Shown: positions 10,008 through 19,487 of the stretch, one piece after another
Position numbering within the stretch: the stretch's first letter is position 1
How the letters are laid out: every line of letters starts with the position of its first letter
Source: Prasinococcaceae sp. CCMP 1430
Taxonomy: Eukaryota; Plantae; Prasinodermophyta
Assembly (NCBI GenBank): GCA_013416795.1
Contig: RQSC01000020.1
Location: 232,714-272,151, forward strand
Length of the DNA stretch: 39,438 nucleotides
Direction: 5' to 3'
Program-made: the position numbers and the translations under genes
The notes under the pieces: model-generated
Databases searched by the model: none
Told to the model about the DNA's origin: nothing
What the model saw: only the letters and a program-made list of their open reading frames with translations

Positions 10008-11783
10008 ATGCACAGGACGCTCGAGCCCAGGGCGCTGGACCCGCGGCTGATGGCGCGGGGGGGCGAGCGGCAGGGCGCGGAGCGGGCCGGAGCGACCGCG
10101 GTGGGCGCGCGCGGGCGCGTGCGCGTCGAGGTGAAGGGGGCGCTCGAGGACGCGGATGGTGGCATGCAGGCCCTCTCCCAGGCGCGCGCCCGCGCCCGCG
10201 CGCTCGCGCACGAGGTGGGAGCGCTCACAGAAGACCTCAAAACGAGCGAGAAGCGACGCGCGCGCGCGGTAGAACGTAGCGCCGAAGCCGAGCGCGTGGT
10301 GGAGGACGCGCAGAAGCGATGCCGCGAGCTCGAGTACGCCAACAAGCAGCTGCGGCAGCAGGCCGAGGCGGCGAGCAAGGAGAAGGAGCGCGGCGTGGCC
10401 GAGCAGCGCCGCACGCTGGCGGGCTTCAAGGAGGCGCTGGCGAACGTCGAGGGGCAGGTCGAGGCCCGAGCCAGCGCTGGCGTCGCGCATTGCAAAGCGC
10501 TCGACTCCATGCTGCGTGCGCTGGGCGGCGTGGTGGGCGCCGCCGGCGGTCACCTGCCGGACGTGCGCTCGCTCTTCGCCGAAGCAAACAAGGCCGTCTC
10601 GGACCTTCAAACTCTGATGGAGGGTGGCGAGCCGCAGGTGCGGCAGCAGCAGCCGGGGGGCTCTCGGGCGAGCCTCACAGCGCGTGAGGGGGAGGCAGAG
10701 GATCCGCTGGTTGAAAGGGGAGACGCGGTCGGCCGAGCAGCGCTGCTGGCGCAAAAGGTGGAGGCCATGGAGGCTGAGCTGCGCGAACATCGCGCCGCGC
10801 CACAGGAGATTGAGGCGCTCAGGGGCGAGCTGGAGGGCACGAGCGCGGAGGTCGAGAGGCTGCGAGAGCGTGCCGCGCGCGGCGAGCGCGCACGCGATGA
10901 AGCCGTAGACAGCAGGAACAGCACCGAGGCCTTGTATAGGCGAGAGATTGGCCGACTCGAGGCTGGGCTGTCGCACGCGAAGCAGGACCTGGCCGAGGCG
11001 GGCGGAGAGATCGAAGCTCTGCGTGCGCGCCTGGCCCGGGCGCAGGACGAGGCCGCCGAGGCAGACGACGCGCGCCTGATGCTGCAGCGCGCGTTGCATG
11101 ACCGTGATGCCGAACTGAACAAGCTGCAGGGCAAGGCCGCCGAGCTCGGGGGGAAGGTGCATGCGGCGTCTGCCGCCCTGCGCGAGGCCGTGACCTCGCA
11201 CGCGTCGGAGCTGCGCGACGCACAGGCCCGCGCCGAGGCGGCGCAGGAGGAAACGTCCTCTTTGCGCTCGCAGCTCGGGCGCCTGAGGGGAATGGGCGCC
11301 AGCAGGCAGGCATCCCCAAGTCGGAGCAGGGCCATGTACGACACGTATCGAAATGACGCCGAGCGGCCGACGCCGACGCGAGGCCTTCTCGGCGCCAGTG
11401 CCGAGGCAGCTGTGCGAGCTGAGGTGCCTGCTCGCCAATGGGCGCACGAGCCGTTGTCGCACCGGGCTTTCCAGCAGGCGGCGCTGAATGCTGCGTACGC
11501 CGTCGAGGACGCCGTTGCCGTCACCGAGACAATCGTCCCGCAGCTTGCGGTGGCAGCTGCGACCGCACCTGCGTACGCCACGCACCTGCGTGGTTCCGTC
11601 GAGTCCGCGCCCGAAGCGACCGTGGGGACCCCGGAGCAGGGACATGGGCCACCAGCGGTCCTGGCTGAGCTGCCCGCTCGGGCAGCGCACGCGCGCGTGG
11701 ACGCAAGTGCCGCTAGGGCGCTCAACTCGGATCTAAATGCCGAGATAGCGGCGCTCGATGTGCTGCTGCGCGAGGACACATAG
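10008..11783 (+). CDS. Long coiled-coil protein of unknown function (start uncertain)
   Basis: About 590-codon ORF with GC3-biased codons and extended E/A/R/L heptads; no family motif recognised. Confidence 0.65.
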   Translation: MHRTLEPRALDPRLMARGGERQGAERAGATAVGARGRVRVEVKGALEDADGGMQALSQARARARALAHEVGALTEDLKTSEKRRARAVERSAEAERVVEDAQKRCRELEYANKQLRQQAEAASKEKERGVAEQRRTLAGFKEALANVEGQVEARASAGVAHCKALDSMLRALGGVVGAAGGHLPDVRSLFAEANKAVSDLQTLMEGGEPQVRQQQPGGSRASLTAREGEAEDPLVERGDAVGRAALLAQKVEAMEAELREHRAAPQEIEALRGELEGTSAEVERLRERAARGERARDEAVDSRNSTEALYRREIGRLEAGLSHAKQDLAEAGGEIEALRARLARAQDEAAEADDARLMLQRALHDRDAELNKLQGKAAELGGKVHAASAALREAVTSHASELRDAQARAEAAQEETSSLRSQLGRLRGMGASRQASPSRSRAMYDTYRNDAERPTPTRGLLGASAEAAVRAEVPARQWAHEPLSHRAFQQAALNAAYAVEDAVAVTETIVPQLAVAAATAPAYATHLRGSVESAPEATVGTPEQGHGPPAVLAELPARAAHARVDASAARALNSDLNAEIAALDVLLREDT

Positions 11784-11955
11784 CTGCTCACAAACCTAAT
11801 CCAATACTCGGGGACCATGCGCTTGGCTGGGCGCGCCTCCTCGAGCGCGTGCGGGGAGGCAAAGGGCGTGCTAACCAACGCGCGGACCGCGTGTTCTGTG
11901 TACAAAGGGAGAAAATTTGAGGGCCAGGCGGGGCCGGGAAGGTCGAGTCGATGCT

Positions 11956-11981
11956 TCTCTCTCTCTCTCTCTCTCTCTCTC
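11956..11981. repeat. (TC)13 microsatellite between convergent genes
   Basis: Read directly from the sequence. Confidence 0.95.
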
Positions 11982-12011
11982 GCCGGCCCGCTTGTGAGCA
12001 GCCACCGCCGT

Positions 12012-13142
12012 TCACTTGGCACCGGCCTCGGGGTCCGTCTCGGAGTAGCCGTACGGGTTGTTGGAACACCAGTTCCACTGGTCCCGGCAGCAGTCCTCGA
12101 TGGCGAACTTTGCCTTCCACCCGAGCTCCTGCTCGGCGAAGTCGGTCTTCGCGGTGACGACGGCGTTGTCGCCTGGCCGGCGGTCGGACATCTTCTTTGG
12201 GATCTCCTTCCCGCACGCCTTCTCGAAGGCCGCTACCATCTCAAGCACGGACGTGCCTTGGCCTGTGCCGAGGTTGTACGTGGCGCAGTGCATGTCTGGC
12301 GTGCGCGCGATCTTGAGCAGCGCCGCGACGTGTCCCTCCGCCAGGTCCATCACGTGGATATAGTCGCGCACACCCGTGCCGTCCGGCGTGTCGTAGTCGT
12401 TGCCAAATACGGTCAGCTCCTTGCGCCGCCCGACGGCGACCTGTTGCACGAACGGCATGAGGTTGTTCGGCACGCCGCGCGGGTCCTCACCGATGCGACC
12501 GCTCGGGTGGGCGCCGACAGGATTGAAGTACCGCAGCAGCACGATCTTCCAGTCCTTGTCCGACACGCACGCGTCCTTCATAATCTCCTCGATGAAGTAC
12601 TTGGTGCGGCCGTACGGGTTGGTCGGCTGCATCTTGGACTCCTCGGTCGCCGGCACCGGGTCCGGCTGGCCGTAGACGGTCGCGCTCGAGCTGAAGACGA
12701 GGTTCTTGCAGCCGTTGCGCGCGAGGCTCTCCATGAGGTTGAGCGTGCCCGTCACGTTGTTGCGGTAGTACCAGAGCGGCTTCGCAACCGACTCGCCCAC
12801 CGCCTTGAGCCCCGCGAAGTGGATGCACGCGTCGAACTTTCCGTCGGCGCACACCTTCTCGGTCGCCTCGGCGTCGAGCAGGTCGACCTTGTGGAACGCG
12901 AGCCGCGCGCCGGCGTCCGCGCCGGCGAGCTCCTTCACGCGGTCGAGCGCCACCTCCGAGGAGTTGTCGAGGTTGTCCAGCACGTGCACCTCACACCCGC
13001 CTTCGAGCAGCAGCAGCACCGTGTGCGAGCCGATGTAGCCCGCGCCGCCCGTGACGAGGATGCGCTTGCCCGAGAGCGGCGGCGGCGCGCCGCCGCTGGG
13101 CGGCGCGACGATCGACATCGCCTCGCCTCCGCCGCCGCCCAT
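12012..13142 (-). CDS. galE: UDP-glucose 4-epimerase, single exon
   Basis: [34 protein letters not shown], catalytic [31 protein letters not shown]. First ATG is 13142 (ORF-track start 13187 is a GTG). Confidence 0.97.
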   Translation of the reverse strand: MGGGGGEAMSIVAPPSGGAPPPLSGKRILVTGGAGYIGSHTVLLLLEGGCEVHVLDNLDNSSEVALDRVKELAGADAGARLAFHKVDLLDAEATEKVCADGKFDACIHFAGLKAVGESVAKPLWYYRNNVTGTLNLMESLARNGCKNLVFSSSATVYGQPDPVPATEESKMQPTNPYGRTKYFIEEIMKDACVSDKDWKIVLLRYFNPVGAHPSGRIGEDPRGVPNNLMPFVQQVAVGRRKELTVFGNDYDTPDGTGVRDYIHVMDLAEGHVAALLKIARTPDMHCATYNLGTGQGTSVLEMVAAFEKACGKEIPKKMSDRRPGDNAVVTAKTDFAEQELGWKAKFAIEDCCRDQWNWCSNNPYGYSETDPEAGAK

Positions 13143-13859
13143 GGTCGCCGCGCGCCGCGCTCCCCCGCGTCGGCGACGCGGGGCCACCCACGGGCCGCGC
13201 CCACCACGGGCCGCGCCCCCGCGGCGCGCGCTCGTGCTGGCGGCGATGCAGAAACGAATGGGAAAATGCGTCGCTCGCTCCGTCGATCCCCGATCGGTGG
13301 GCCGACCGATGCGAAGAGGGGAGCTCGCCCGCGCCCCGAGGCCGCGAGTCGGGCGCCGGAACCTGCCCGCGAAACCGGAACCGAAGCCTCCCTGCCCAGG
13401 ACCAAAAAAAAAAGAAGAACGACGCGGCGCGCGGCGCGCGAGAGCGAGCGAGCGAGATGCGCAGGAATCTCGGGCGGGCGGGCCCGCCCGATCCCGAACG
13501 CACGAGATGAACCCTACACGGGGTGAATGGCGTTTGGGTTACCGCAAACATAAGACGTGCGGCGGCCTCCGGCGCGACGGCTGGCTGCGGGCGGCGGCTC
13601 GCCTCGCGGGGGCGGTGGGGGTGAGGGGTGGGGGGGGGTTTCCGGGGGGGTGGGGGTGGGGGGAGAGCGGGGGGGCACACGGCGCACGACGCGCGCGAGC
13701 GGAGCGGCAAGCGCGCAGGAGAAGTCTTCCTCACCCGGCACTCGCGCCGGCCCCGTGGGGGGTTGGCTGGGTCAGCCCCGGACGCCGCCCCCCCCCCCCG
13801 CCTCCGCGTTCTCCTGGCCCGCTCGAGGCGCGCTCTGCGCCCGCCGCACGCGCCGCGCG

Positions 13860-14165
13860 ATGGACCCCGCGGCGCCGAGCGCGAAGGACTGCGCGAAGAC
13901 GTTCGCGCTCAGCGACGAAGACCACACGCTCGGCAACGCGCTGAGGCACGTCCTCAACCGCCACCCTGAGGTGCACTTGACGGGGTACAACGTGCCCCAC
14001 CCCAGCGAGACCTCGGTCCACGTGCGCGTTCAGACCAAGGGCAACATGGCCTCGAGGGACGTGATGCGCGAGGCGTGCGGCCAGCTGGAGGAGATGTGCG
14101 ACATCGTCAAGAACAAGTTCGAGGCCGCAGTCCAAGCACACGGAGGCGACAGCATGAGCGAGTGA
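13860..14165 (+). CDS. RPAC2: RNA polymerase I/III shared subunit AC19 (RPAC2/POLR1D)
   Basis: EDHTLGNALRHVL..HPEV...GYNVPHPSE..VHVRVQT; the PHPSE pattern fits AC19 rather than RPB11. Confidence 0.88.
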   Translation: MDPAAPSAKDCAKTFALSDEDHTLGNALRHVLNRHPEVHLTGYNVPHPSETSVHVRVQTKGNMASRDVMREACGQLEEMCDIVKNKFEAAVQAHGGDSMSE

Positions 14166-14319
14166 GGGGGACGCGGGGCTCGCGCCCACGCCGTCCAGAT
14201 GGCTCGCCGTGCCGCGTCGCGCTCGCGCGCTCGCATGCGACACGCGCACACGCACACCAGGGCGCGCGCGACCTCCGGGCGCCGAGCTGCGCTGCCACGG
14301 GGCGCGCGAAGGATAATAA

Positions 14320-14324
14320 TTACA
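14320..14324 (-). terminator. TGTAA polyadenylation signal for the RF-1-domain gene
   Basis: TTACA on + strand about 45 nt past the stop at 14369. Confidence 0.45.
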
Positions 14325-14368
14325 CATAGGATACAGGCGCGCCTTTCCAGCCGCGATGATGAGTGCAG

Positions 14369-15311
14369 TCACTTCGCCTTCAGCACGTTGAGGCCCGCGC
14401 GTTGCCTGTTGCCGTTGACGAGCGCGAGGACGGCCTTGTCGGACGCGAGGATCTTGATGATGGCCGACGAGGTGCAGCCGAGTGCCTTTGCCGCGATGGG
14501 AGGCTTCCACTCGGCGGCGCTAAGAACGTCGAGAAGGGCGGCAATGCCCTTAGGGAAGCTGTGGATGCGTCCCGCGCGCGTCCGAACGACGTCGGGTCAG
14601 CGAAGAGCGGCAGTACATGTAGGGCGGGAGCGTTCGCCACGCGCCCGGGCGCGAGCGCGCTGCGCACGGGCGCAGGGCGCACGCGGCGCACGCGCACGCG
14701 TGTGCCGCAGTATCGCGCCAGGAGGCGACGCCTGCGGGGCGCGCACGTCGGCGCGCTCGGGAGACGCGCGCGGCGACGTACTCGGCGTGTTTGGGCCCCA
14801 GGCGTTGCTTGGCGCTCGGGAGGATAGCCTTGAGCTGCGGCGGCACCACATACGGCTCTTCATCCCCCTCTGCTCCCAGTGACACCTCCGTGCGCAACTC
14901 GAGCGCCAGCTTCATCCGCAGCCGCTTGAGCGCCATGTCCTTGTTGCGCTGCTGCGAGCGCTCCTGCTCGTGCACGCGCGGGTGGCGCGCGTAGGCCAGC
15001 CCCGGGCGGGGAACGCAGGCCGGGCGTCGCGTCAGCTTCGGCTACATGCGCGACCGCGCGTCAACGCATGCGCCGGCACGAGGGCGAGCGGGTCGCCCGC
15101 CGACAGGCCTGGCGCGCACACCTCGAAGGCCTCGGCGCGCACGTCGGTGGGCAGGTGCGTGAGACGCACGCCTGTCTCGGTCTTGTTGCGATGCTGACCG
15201 CCCGGCCCGGAACCCCGCAGGGTGTCGACCTTGCACTCGGCCATCAGCGTCTCGTCAGGTTGGAGCACGTGCTCACCCGTCGCGCGCGCGATCCCGCCGC
15301 TGCCCCCCGCG
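14369..15311 (-). CDS. Class I peptide-chain-release-factor (GGQ)-domain protein of plant organellar type; exons ~15311-15122, 14963-14782, 14558-14369; start unresolved
   Basis: [23 protein letters not shown]|[13 protein letters not shown]|[12 protein letters not shown]...ALG...VN..R..G. Introns 15121-14964 (phase 0) and 14781-14559 (phase 2), both with GCTGAC, join in frame. Confidence 0.85.
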
Positions 15312-15334
15312 CTGCAGAATTACGGTTGGTTTTA

Positions 15335-15343
15335 TTTAGGGTT
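15335..15343. promoter_or_regulatory. Telo-box-like motif (TTTAGGGTT / AACCCTAAA) in an AT-rich core
   Basis: Exact plant-type telomeric heptamer immediately 5' of the RF gene. Confidence 0.4.
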
Positions 15344-15699
15344 AAACATTCGTATCAAAACGCACCCGCGTGTGTTGGAGGGCCGACGCCGCACGCGTTT
15401 TGATGGACTTTCTTGCAGCCGTGCCGCGCGTCGCACGACGCCCAAAACTTTCGTTCCTCCCCCTGGGGGAACCGCGCGCAGTGCGAGCACAGGACTGTGG
15501 TGGGGCGAGGTAAGGGAAGGATGGGGGGGGAGGGGGAGGGGGGGGGGCGGATGCGCGAGCTGGCACCCCATTCTGCGCGCGCAGCGCGCGCAGCGCGGCG
15601 CTTTGGGCGTGCGCGCGCGCGCGCGCGCACTGCGCGCGGGCGACGGCACGTCCGAGCCGACCGACGGCTGCACGGGCGTTTGCCCTGCGCGGCGTCGAG

Positions 15700-15738
15700 A
15701 TGTCGCGCCTCGCGGTGGCGCTGTGCGCGGCGGCGCTG
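15700..15738 (+). CDS. Start of a probable secreted or membrane protein (signal peptide), truncated by the n at 15739
   Basis: MSRLAVALCAAAL then n; basic n-region plus hydrophobic h-region. Only 13 codons visible. Confidence 0.3.
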
Positions 15739-15944
15739 NCGCTGAAGCGCGCGCACTCGCGGGGGGGGCGCCGCGCAGCGCCGCGCCCGCGGGAGGGGCG
15801 AGGGGCCGCAGCGAGAGCAGTGGCGGCGTGTGATGGGTGGGGGTGGGGGTGGGGGTGGAGGTGGGGCGCGGCATGCCACTGAAGTCGCCGCGCGCAGGCA
15901 GATCCATCCGCTCCTTCCCCCCACCTCCTCACAGCTCCTCGGCG

Positions 15945-16688
15945 ATGTTCGCGATGCGTGTCACGTCTGGCCGCGCGGCGTCCGCGCCAGTTGCGCTCCG
16001 CGCGCCGCGCCGCGCCGCGCCCGTCATGATGGCGGGGCCACCTCAGGTGCGAGGCGTAGCGGCGCAGCGTGGTCCCCCCTGCCGTCCTCGCGTGGGAGCC
16101 GTGCGCACGCGGCGAATTGGCGCCCGTGCGCCGCGCTGCGCCTCGCAGCTGACACGCGCCTACCCGCTCCCCTGCCACTCTCCGCACTCGTAGAGGAAGG
16201 GCTGGAGGGAGCTGGCGGCTGAGAACAACCTGCCGGAGGTGCGCGCGCGCGTGCGCTCGCGCTCCCGACCCCGTGCGCGCGCTTGCAAGGGATAACCGCT
16301 CACTCGGCTCTCTCTGCCCACTCACACCCACCGCGCTTGCCACGCGCAGGCGATGCACGACGACCCGGCGCACGTCGACTTTGCGGCGCATCGGAGCCAC
16401 TCCATTGCGGGCCAGGGAGGCGAGCCCGGCCAGGGCGCTCAGCAGGGCGGCGCCGATGAGTACGGTGTCAGATCGTCGACGCTCATCGGTGCGTGGCGCT
16501 CGCCGGCGCCTCGTCACGTGTGTCTCCCGAGTCCATAGTGCTGCCTTCTCTCGCACTGACCGAGATGCGCGCGCGCCGCTCGTCTGCGCGTGTGCACTGC
16601 AGAGGCGAGGAACAAGAACAAGAAGCTGTCCCCCTACGAGAGGCGCATGAGGGCGGCCGAGCAGCAGGCGCGCGGCGCGGGTGCCTGA
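15945..16688 (+). CDS. Small (115 aa) plastid-targeted orphan protein; exons 15945-16046, 16194-16238, 16350-16464, 16603-16688
   Basis: Three GT-AG introns join in frame (phases 0, 0, 1) to a stop at 16686-16688. The N-terminus MFAMRVTSGRAASAPVALRAPRRAAPVMMA is a typical A/R/S-rich algal transit peptide. Confidence 0.68.
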
Positions 16689-16918
16689 GCCCGCACCCGG
16701 AGAGCCGCACAACATCCTACGGTAGTTATTGTATCCGTCCGCGTTTTGCTGCGAGCGCCTGCTGCCGGACGAAGACCGGCCGTGGCGTAGTCGATGGTAG
16801 TCTCGAGCCTGCGCGAGCGTGGGATACGGCGCTTGCGCCTTAGTTGGCATCCACTGGAGCGACGGTGGCCCGGCCCTGTGCAAACGTCGCGCGCGCCCAA
16901 AGAATGAGAGCATAAGAT

Positions 16919-16923
16919 TTACA
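16919..16923 (-). terminator. TGTAA polyadenylation signal for the LAP1-like gene
   Basis: TTACA on + strand about 37 nt past the stop at 16960. Confidence 0.45.
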
Positions 16924-16959
16924 CGTTGATGGCACGTACATTCGCGAGGCAAAGTCGGC

Positions 16960-18258
16960 TTAGAGGCCGCTCCCGGCGACCGCACAGCCCTCCGCACCGA
17001 CGTCGAACTCGCCGACAAAGTCCAAGCGTCGCCTCAGCGCGCTGACGGTGCCCTGGCAGCGTTCGTCGCCTGCGTCACAGCGCTCCTGCAGCATGCCGCT
17101 CAGCATTGCTTTGGCCGCTCGCATGAAGGCGCTCTCGTCGTATTCGCCGGCCTCGCCCTCGGGCAGCGACGCACGGACGAGATCGTCGGCCATCGTGAGC
17201 ACGAAGGTGGCGCCTGTCGCGTCAACCTTCTCGCCACTGTCCTCGAAGGCTCCGTGTTCACCCATCGCGGCGTTAAGCGGCGCGAGGGAGGTCCAGGGCA
17301 GAGCTTCCACGCCCGTGACCAGGGCGACACCCTCCGGGCACTTCCTCAGAAAGTCCACGAAGCGCCGCTGCAGATCCCCCGCTGTGTGCACGAGCGAGGC
17401 GTCAATGAGCAGCTGGCAGCCCCCACAGTCCGTCCGGAAAGTGGAGAGCAGCGCAGCCTCCGCCTCGGCGGCGGACCCCCCCCTCACCGTCAGCAGCAGC
17501 GCTGCCGCCTTGCGGGCGGCGAACTGCGTGCTGTCGGCCGCGCGCCCGGCAGCGCCTTGCCGAACCGCGAAGGCGAGGTCATCCGTCCAGTCGGCCCAGC
17601 GTTCGTGCGGGCTGCAGCGCCGCAGTGCGTCGGCATCTACGTACGCCCTGCATCGCGCGCGTTGTGCCCCCGCGCCGCCTGCCGCATCCCTTCCGAGGAG
17701 GACCACGAGCGCGGACGGCATCTGCAGCACGAGCACGACCGCTGCAAACGCAGCAAACAGGACGGTCAGAAGCGAGGCCACTCGCAGCCGAAAACCGCCT
17801 CCGCGAGCTGGTTTGTCCTGCGCCTCGCGGCGTGCCTTCGACGCGCCATCAGTAACCTTTCCTAAGGCACCGTCAGCAGCTTTGGACGCGTTCGCGAGCT
17901 TCTGTGGCATCGCCCGCCTCCTCGCTCGCACGGCGCGTGCGGGGGAGGTGGTCCGTCGCGGAGGGTTCGCTGGTGATGCGCCCTCGCCGTCGGAGGATCC
18001 CGCAGTCGCCGCCTCCCCGTCGCGATCACCAGTCGAAGTGGTGCTGTCCGAGCTGTGCGCATCGTGCGCCGCCGCTCGTCCCGCTCGTCCCGCAGGCGAT
18101 CCCCCACAGCGCCGCCGCCGTTCCACCCCCTCCTCCTCCTCCTGCTGTTGCACCCGCCGCTGCGCACTGCCTCGTGTGCGTCGGCTGCGCGGGCTGGCTG
18201 GCGCCTGGTCGTCCTCACCGCCCCCGTCCGCGCCCCCGCGGCGCCTGCGCGGCGGCAT
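16960..18258 (-). CDS. Single-pass membrane protein with a degenerate AAA+-like C-terminal domain; LAP1/LULL1 (TOR1AIP)-like
   Basis: 432 aa: disordered basic/acidic N-terminus, one TM (VASLLTVLFAAFAAVVLVL), then ALLLT, LLIDA, VALVTGVEALP, EHGAF, TFVLTM, ALRRRLDFV. No Walker A motif. Confidence 0.62.
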   Translation of the reverse strand: MPPRRRRGGADGGGEDDQAPASPRSRRTRGSAQRRVQQQEEEEGVERRRRCGGSPAGRAGRAAAHDAHSSDSTTSTGDRDGEAATAGSSDGEGASPANPPRRTTSPARAVRARRRAMPQKLANASKAADGALGKVTDGASKARREAQDKPARGGGFRLRVASLLTVLFAAFAAVVLVLQMPSALVVLLGRDAAGGAGAQRARCRAYVDADALRRCSPHERWADWTDDLAFAVRQGAAGRAADSTQFAARKAAALLLTVRGGSAAEAEAALLSTFRTDCGGCQLLIDASLVHTAGDLQRRFVDFLRKCPEGVALVTGVEALPWTSLAPLNAAMGEHGAFEDSGEKVDATGATFVLTMADDLVRASLPEGEAGEYDESAFMRAAKAMLSGMLQERCDAGDERCQGTVSALRRRLDFVGEFDVGAEGCAVAGSGL

Positions 18259-18643
18259 CGCGCTTGGCACGATGGCGGGAAGGCGGGCGTTGCGCCGCTG
18301 TGCCACGGCGCTGTGGCACGCGAGAGCGCGGCTGGTACCCGAGCAGGCCGCGTCAGCGCACGTGACACGCACCTGCCGAGGACAGGTTTCGGCGCGCGGT
18401 GCGTCCCTGTCGAAATTGTCGCAGCTGAAGTACTGTAAACCCTGTCGAAATACTCACGACCGAAAATAGCTGCTCTTCTGGGCAAAAGTTGGCGTTGCGC
18501 CGCCGCGCCCTACGCTGAACGCGCACGCACACGCTGCAGGAGCCCCCGCCCCCTCCCCCACCAACACACACAACCCCCACACACCCGCCGCTCTCCACCT
18601 CGAGCGGCGCATGGCCGCCCATCTCGTGTAATTACTCGCGTGG

Positions 18644-18648
18644 TTACA
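18644..18648 (-). terminator. TGTAA polyadenylation signal for LSm2
   Basis: TTACA on + strand about 26 nt past the stop at 18674. Confidence 0.4.
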
Positions 18649-18673
18649 ACATGCACCTGTGGCGCAGGGCCGC

Positions 18674-18927
18674 TCACTGGTTGCCGCGCGCCTCTCGCCT
18701 CGTCGCGTCGTGCAGCACCTCTGTGTCGACAGCGCCCTTGGGCAGGTGCACGTAGCGCACCACCGAGCCGCGGATGAAGCAGGAGCGCACGGACAGCAGG
18801 TGCGGGTGCTTGCGCTCGTCGACCACCTTGATGTCGTGCAGCTTCACGTTGAGGTACTGGTCCACTGAATGCAGCGTGCCCTTGAGCGCGAGGTCATTCT
18901 TGAGCTCGACGACCACCTCCTTGCCGA
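18674..18927 (-). CDS. LSM2: U6 snRNA-associated Sm-like protein LSm2, last exon (first coding exon not found)
   Basis: GKEVVVELKNDL...GTLHSVDQYLNVKL...HPHLLSVRSCFIRGSVVRYVHLP; preceded by a GCTGAC branch point and CAG acceptor (18930-18928). Confidence 0.95.
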
Positions 18928-19487
18928 CTGCGGCGGCGGCGGCGGTGCGCGCGGGTCAGCGCGGCGGCGGCGGCGAGCTCGCGCGGGCGCGCGCGTCTGG
19001 CCCCGCGCCGCGCCTCCGCCACCCCCGGCGCGCACGCAAACACACGGCCATGAAAACCAAGGACTTTTCCCATGCACACACGCACAATGGGTGCGGTTTA
19101 GGTTTCTCATTGGTTGGGGTTTCGCACGCGGCGCGTTCAGGCACCAGCAGGCACCCCATTCGGTCGGCCGGGCTGGGTGGAGAGACTTTTCTGGGGAGCG
19201 GAGAGTTTTTAGCGAGAATTCGATCGACGCCCAGATGGACTTGCTGCGTGCGCGCGCGCCCCTGCGGCGACCGCCGGTTTGGCAGTCGGATGTTTGGCTG
19301 GACCCTGATCGGATCAGGGTTACAGTGGGTTATTAGGTCGCGGCGCGGCCGGCGCCAACGAGAGGGTGGTGATCAAACCGGGTGCGCGCACGAGAGAAAG
19401 AGCGAGAGCGGCGCCGGCGCCTGCCCGCCCACACCGCGCGGGGTGCGCGCGCGGAGGAGAGGGGGAAGGGGCGGCGCCGGCCGCGGN

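Noticed and set aside
9717-13526. Long antisense ORFs (e.g. 9717-11690 minus, 11817-13526 plus, and many others in the track)
   Set aside because: Shadow frames expected opposite GC3-rich genes; R/A/P/G-rich with no motifs.
13615-13800. G-run and C-run tracts (also 15500-15550, 15835-15865, 28670-28688)
   Set aside because: Simple low-complexity promoter sequence and likely dropout sites; G-quadruplex potential is not distinctive in this genome.
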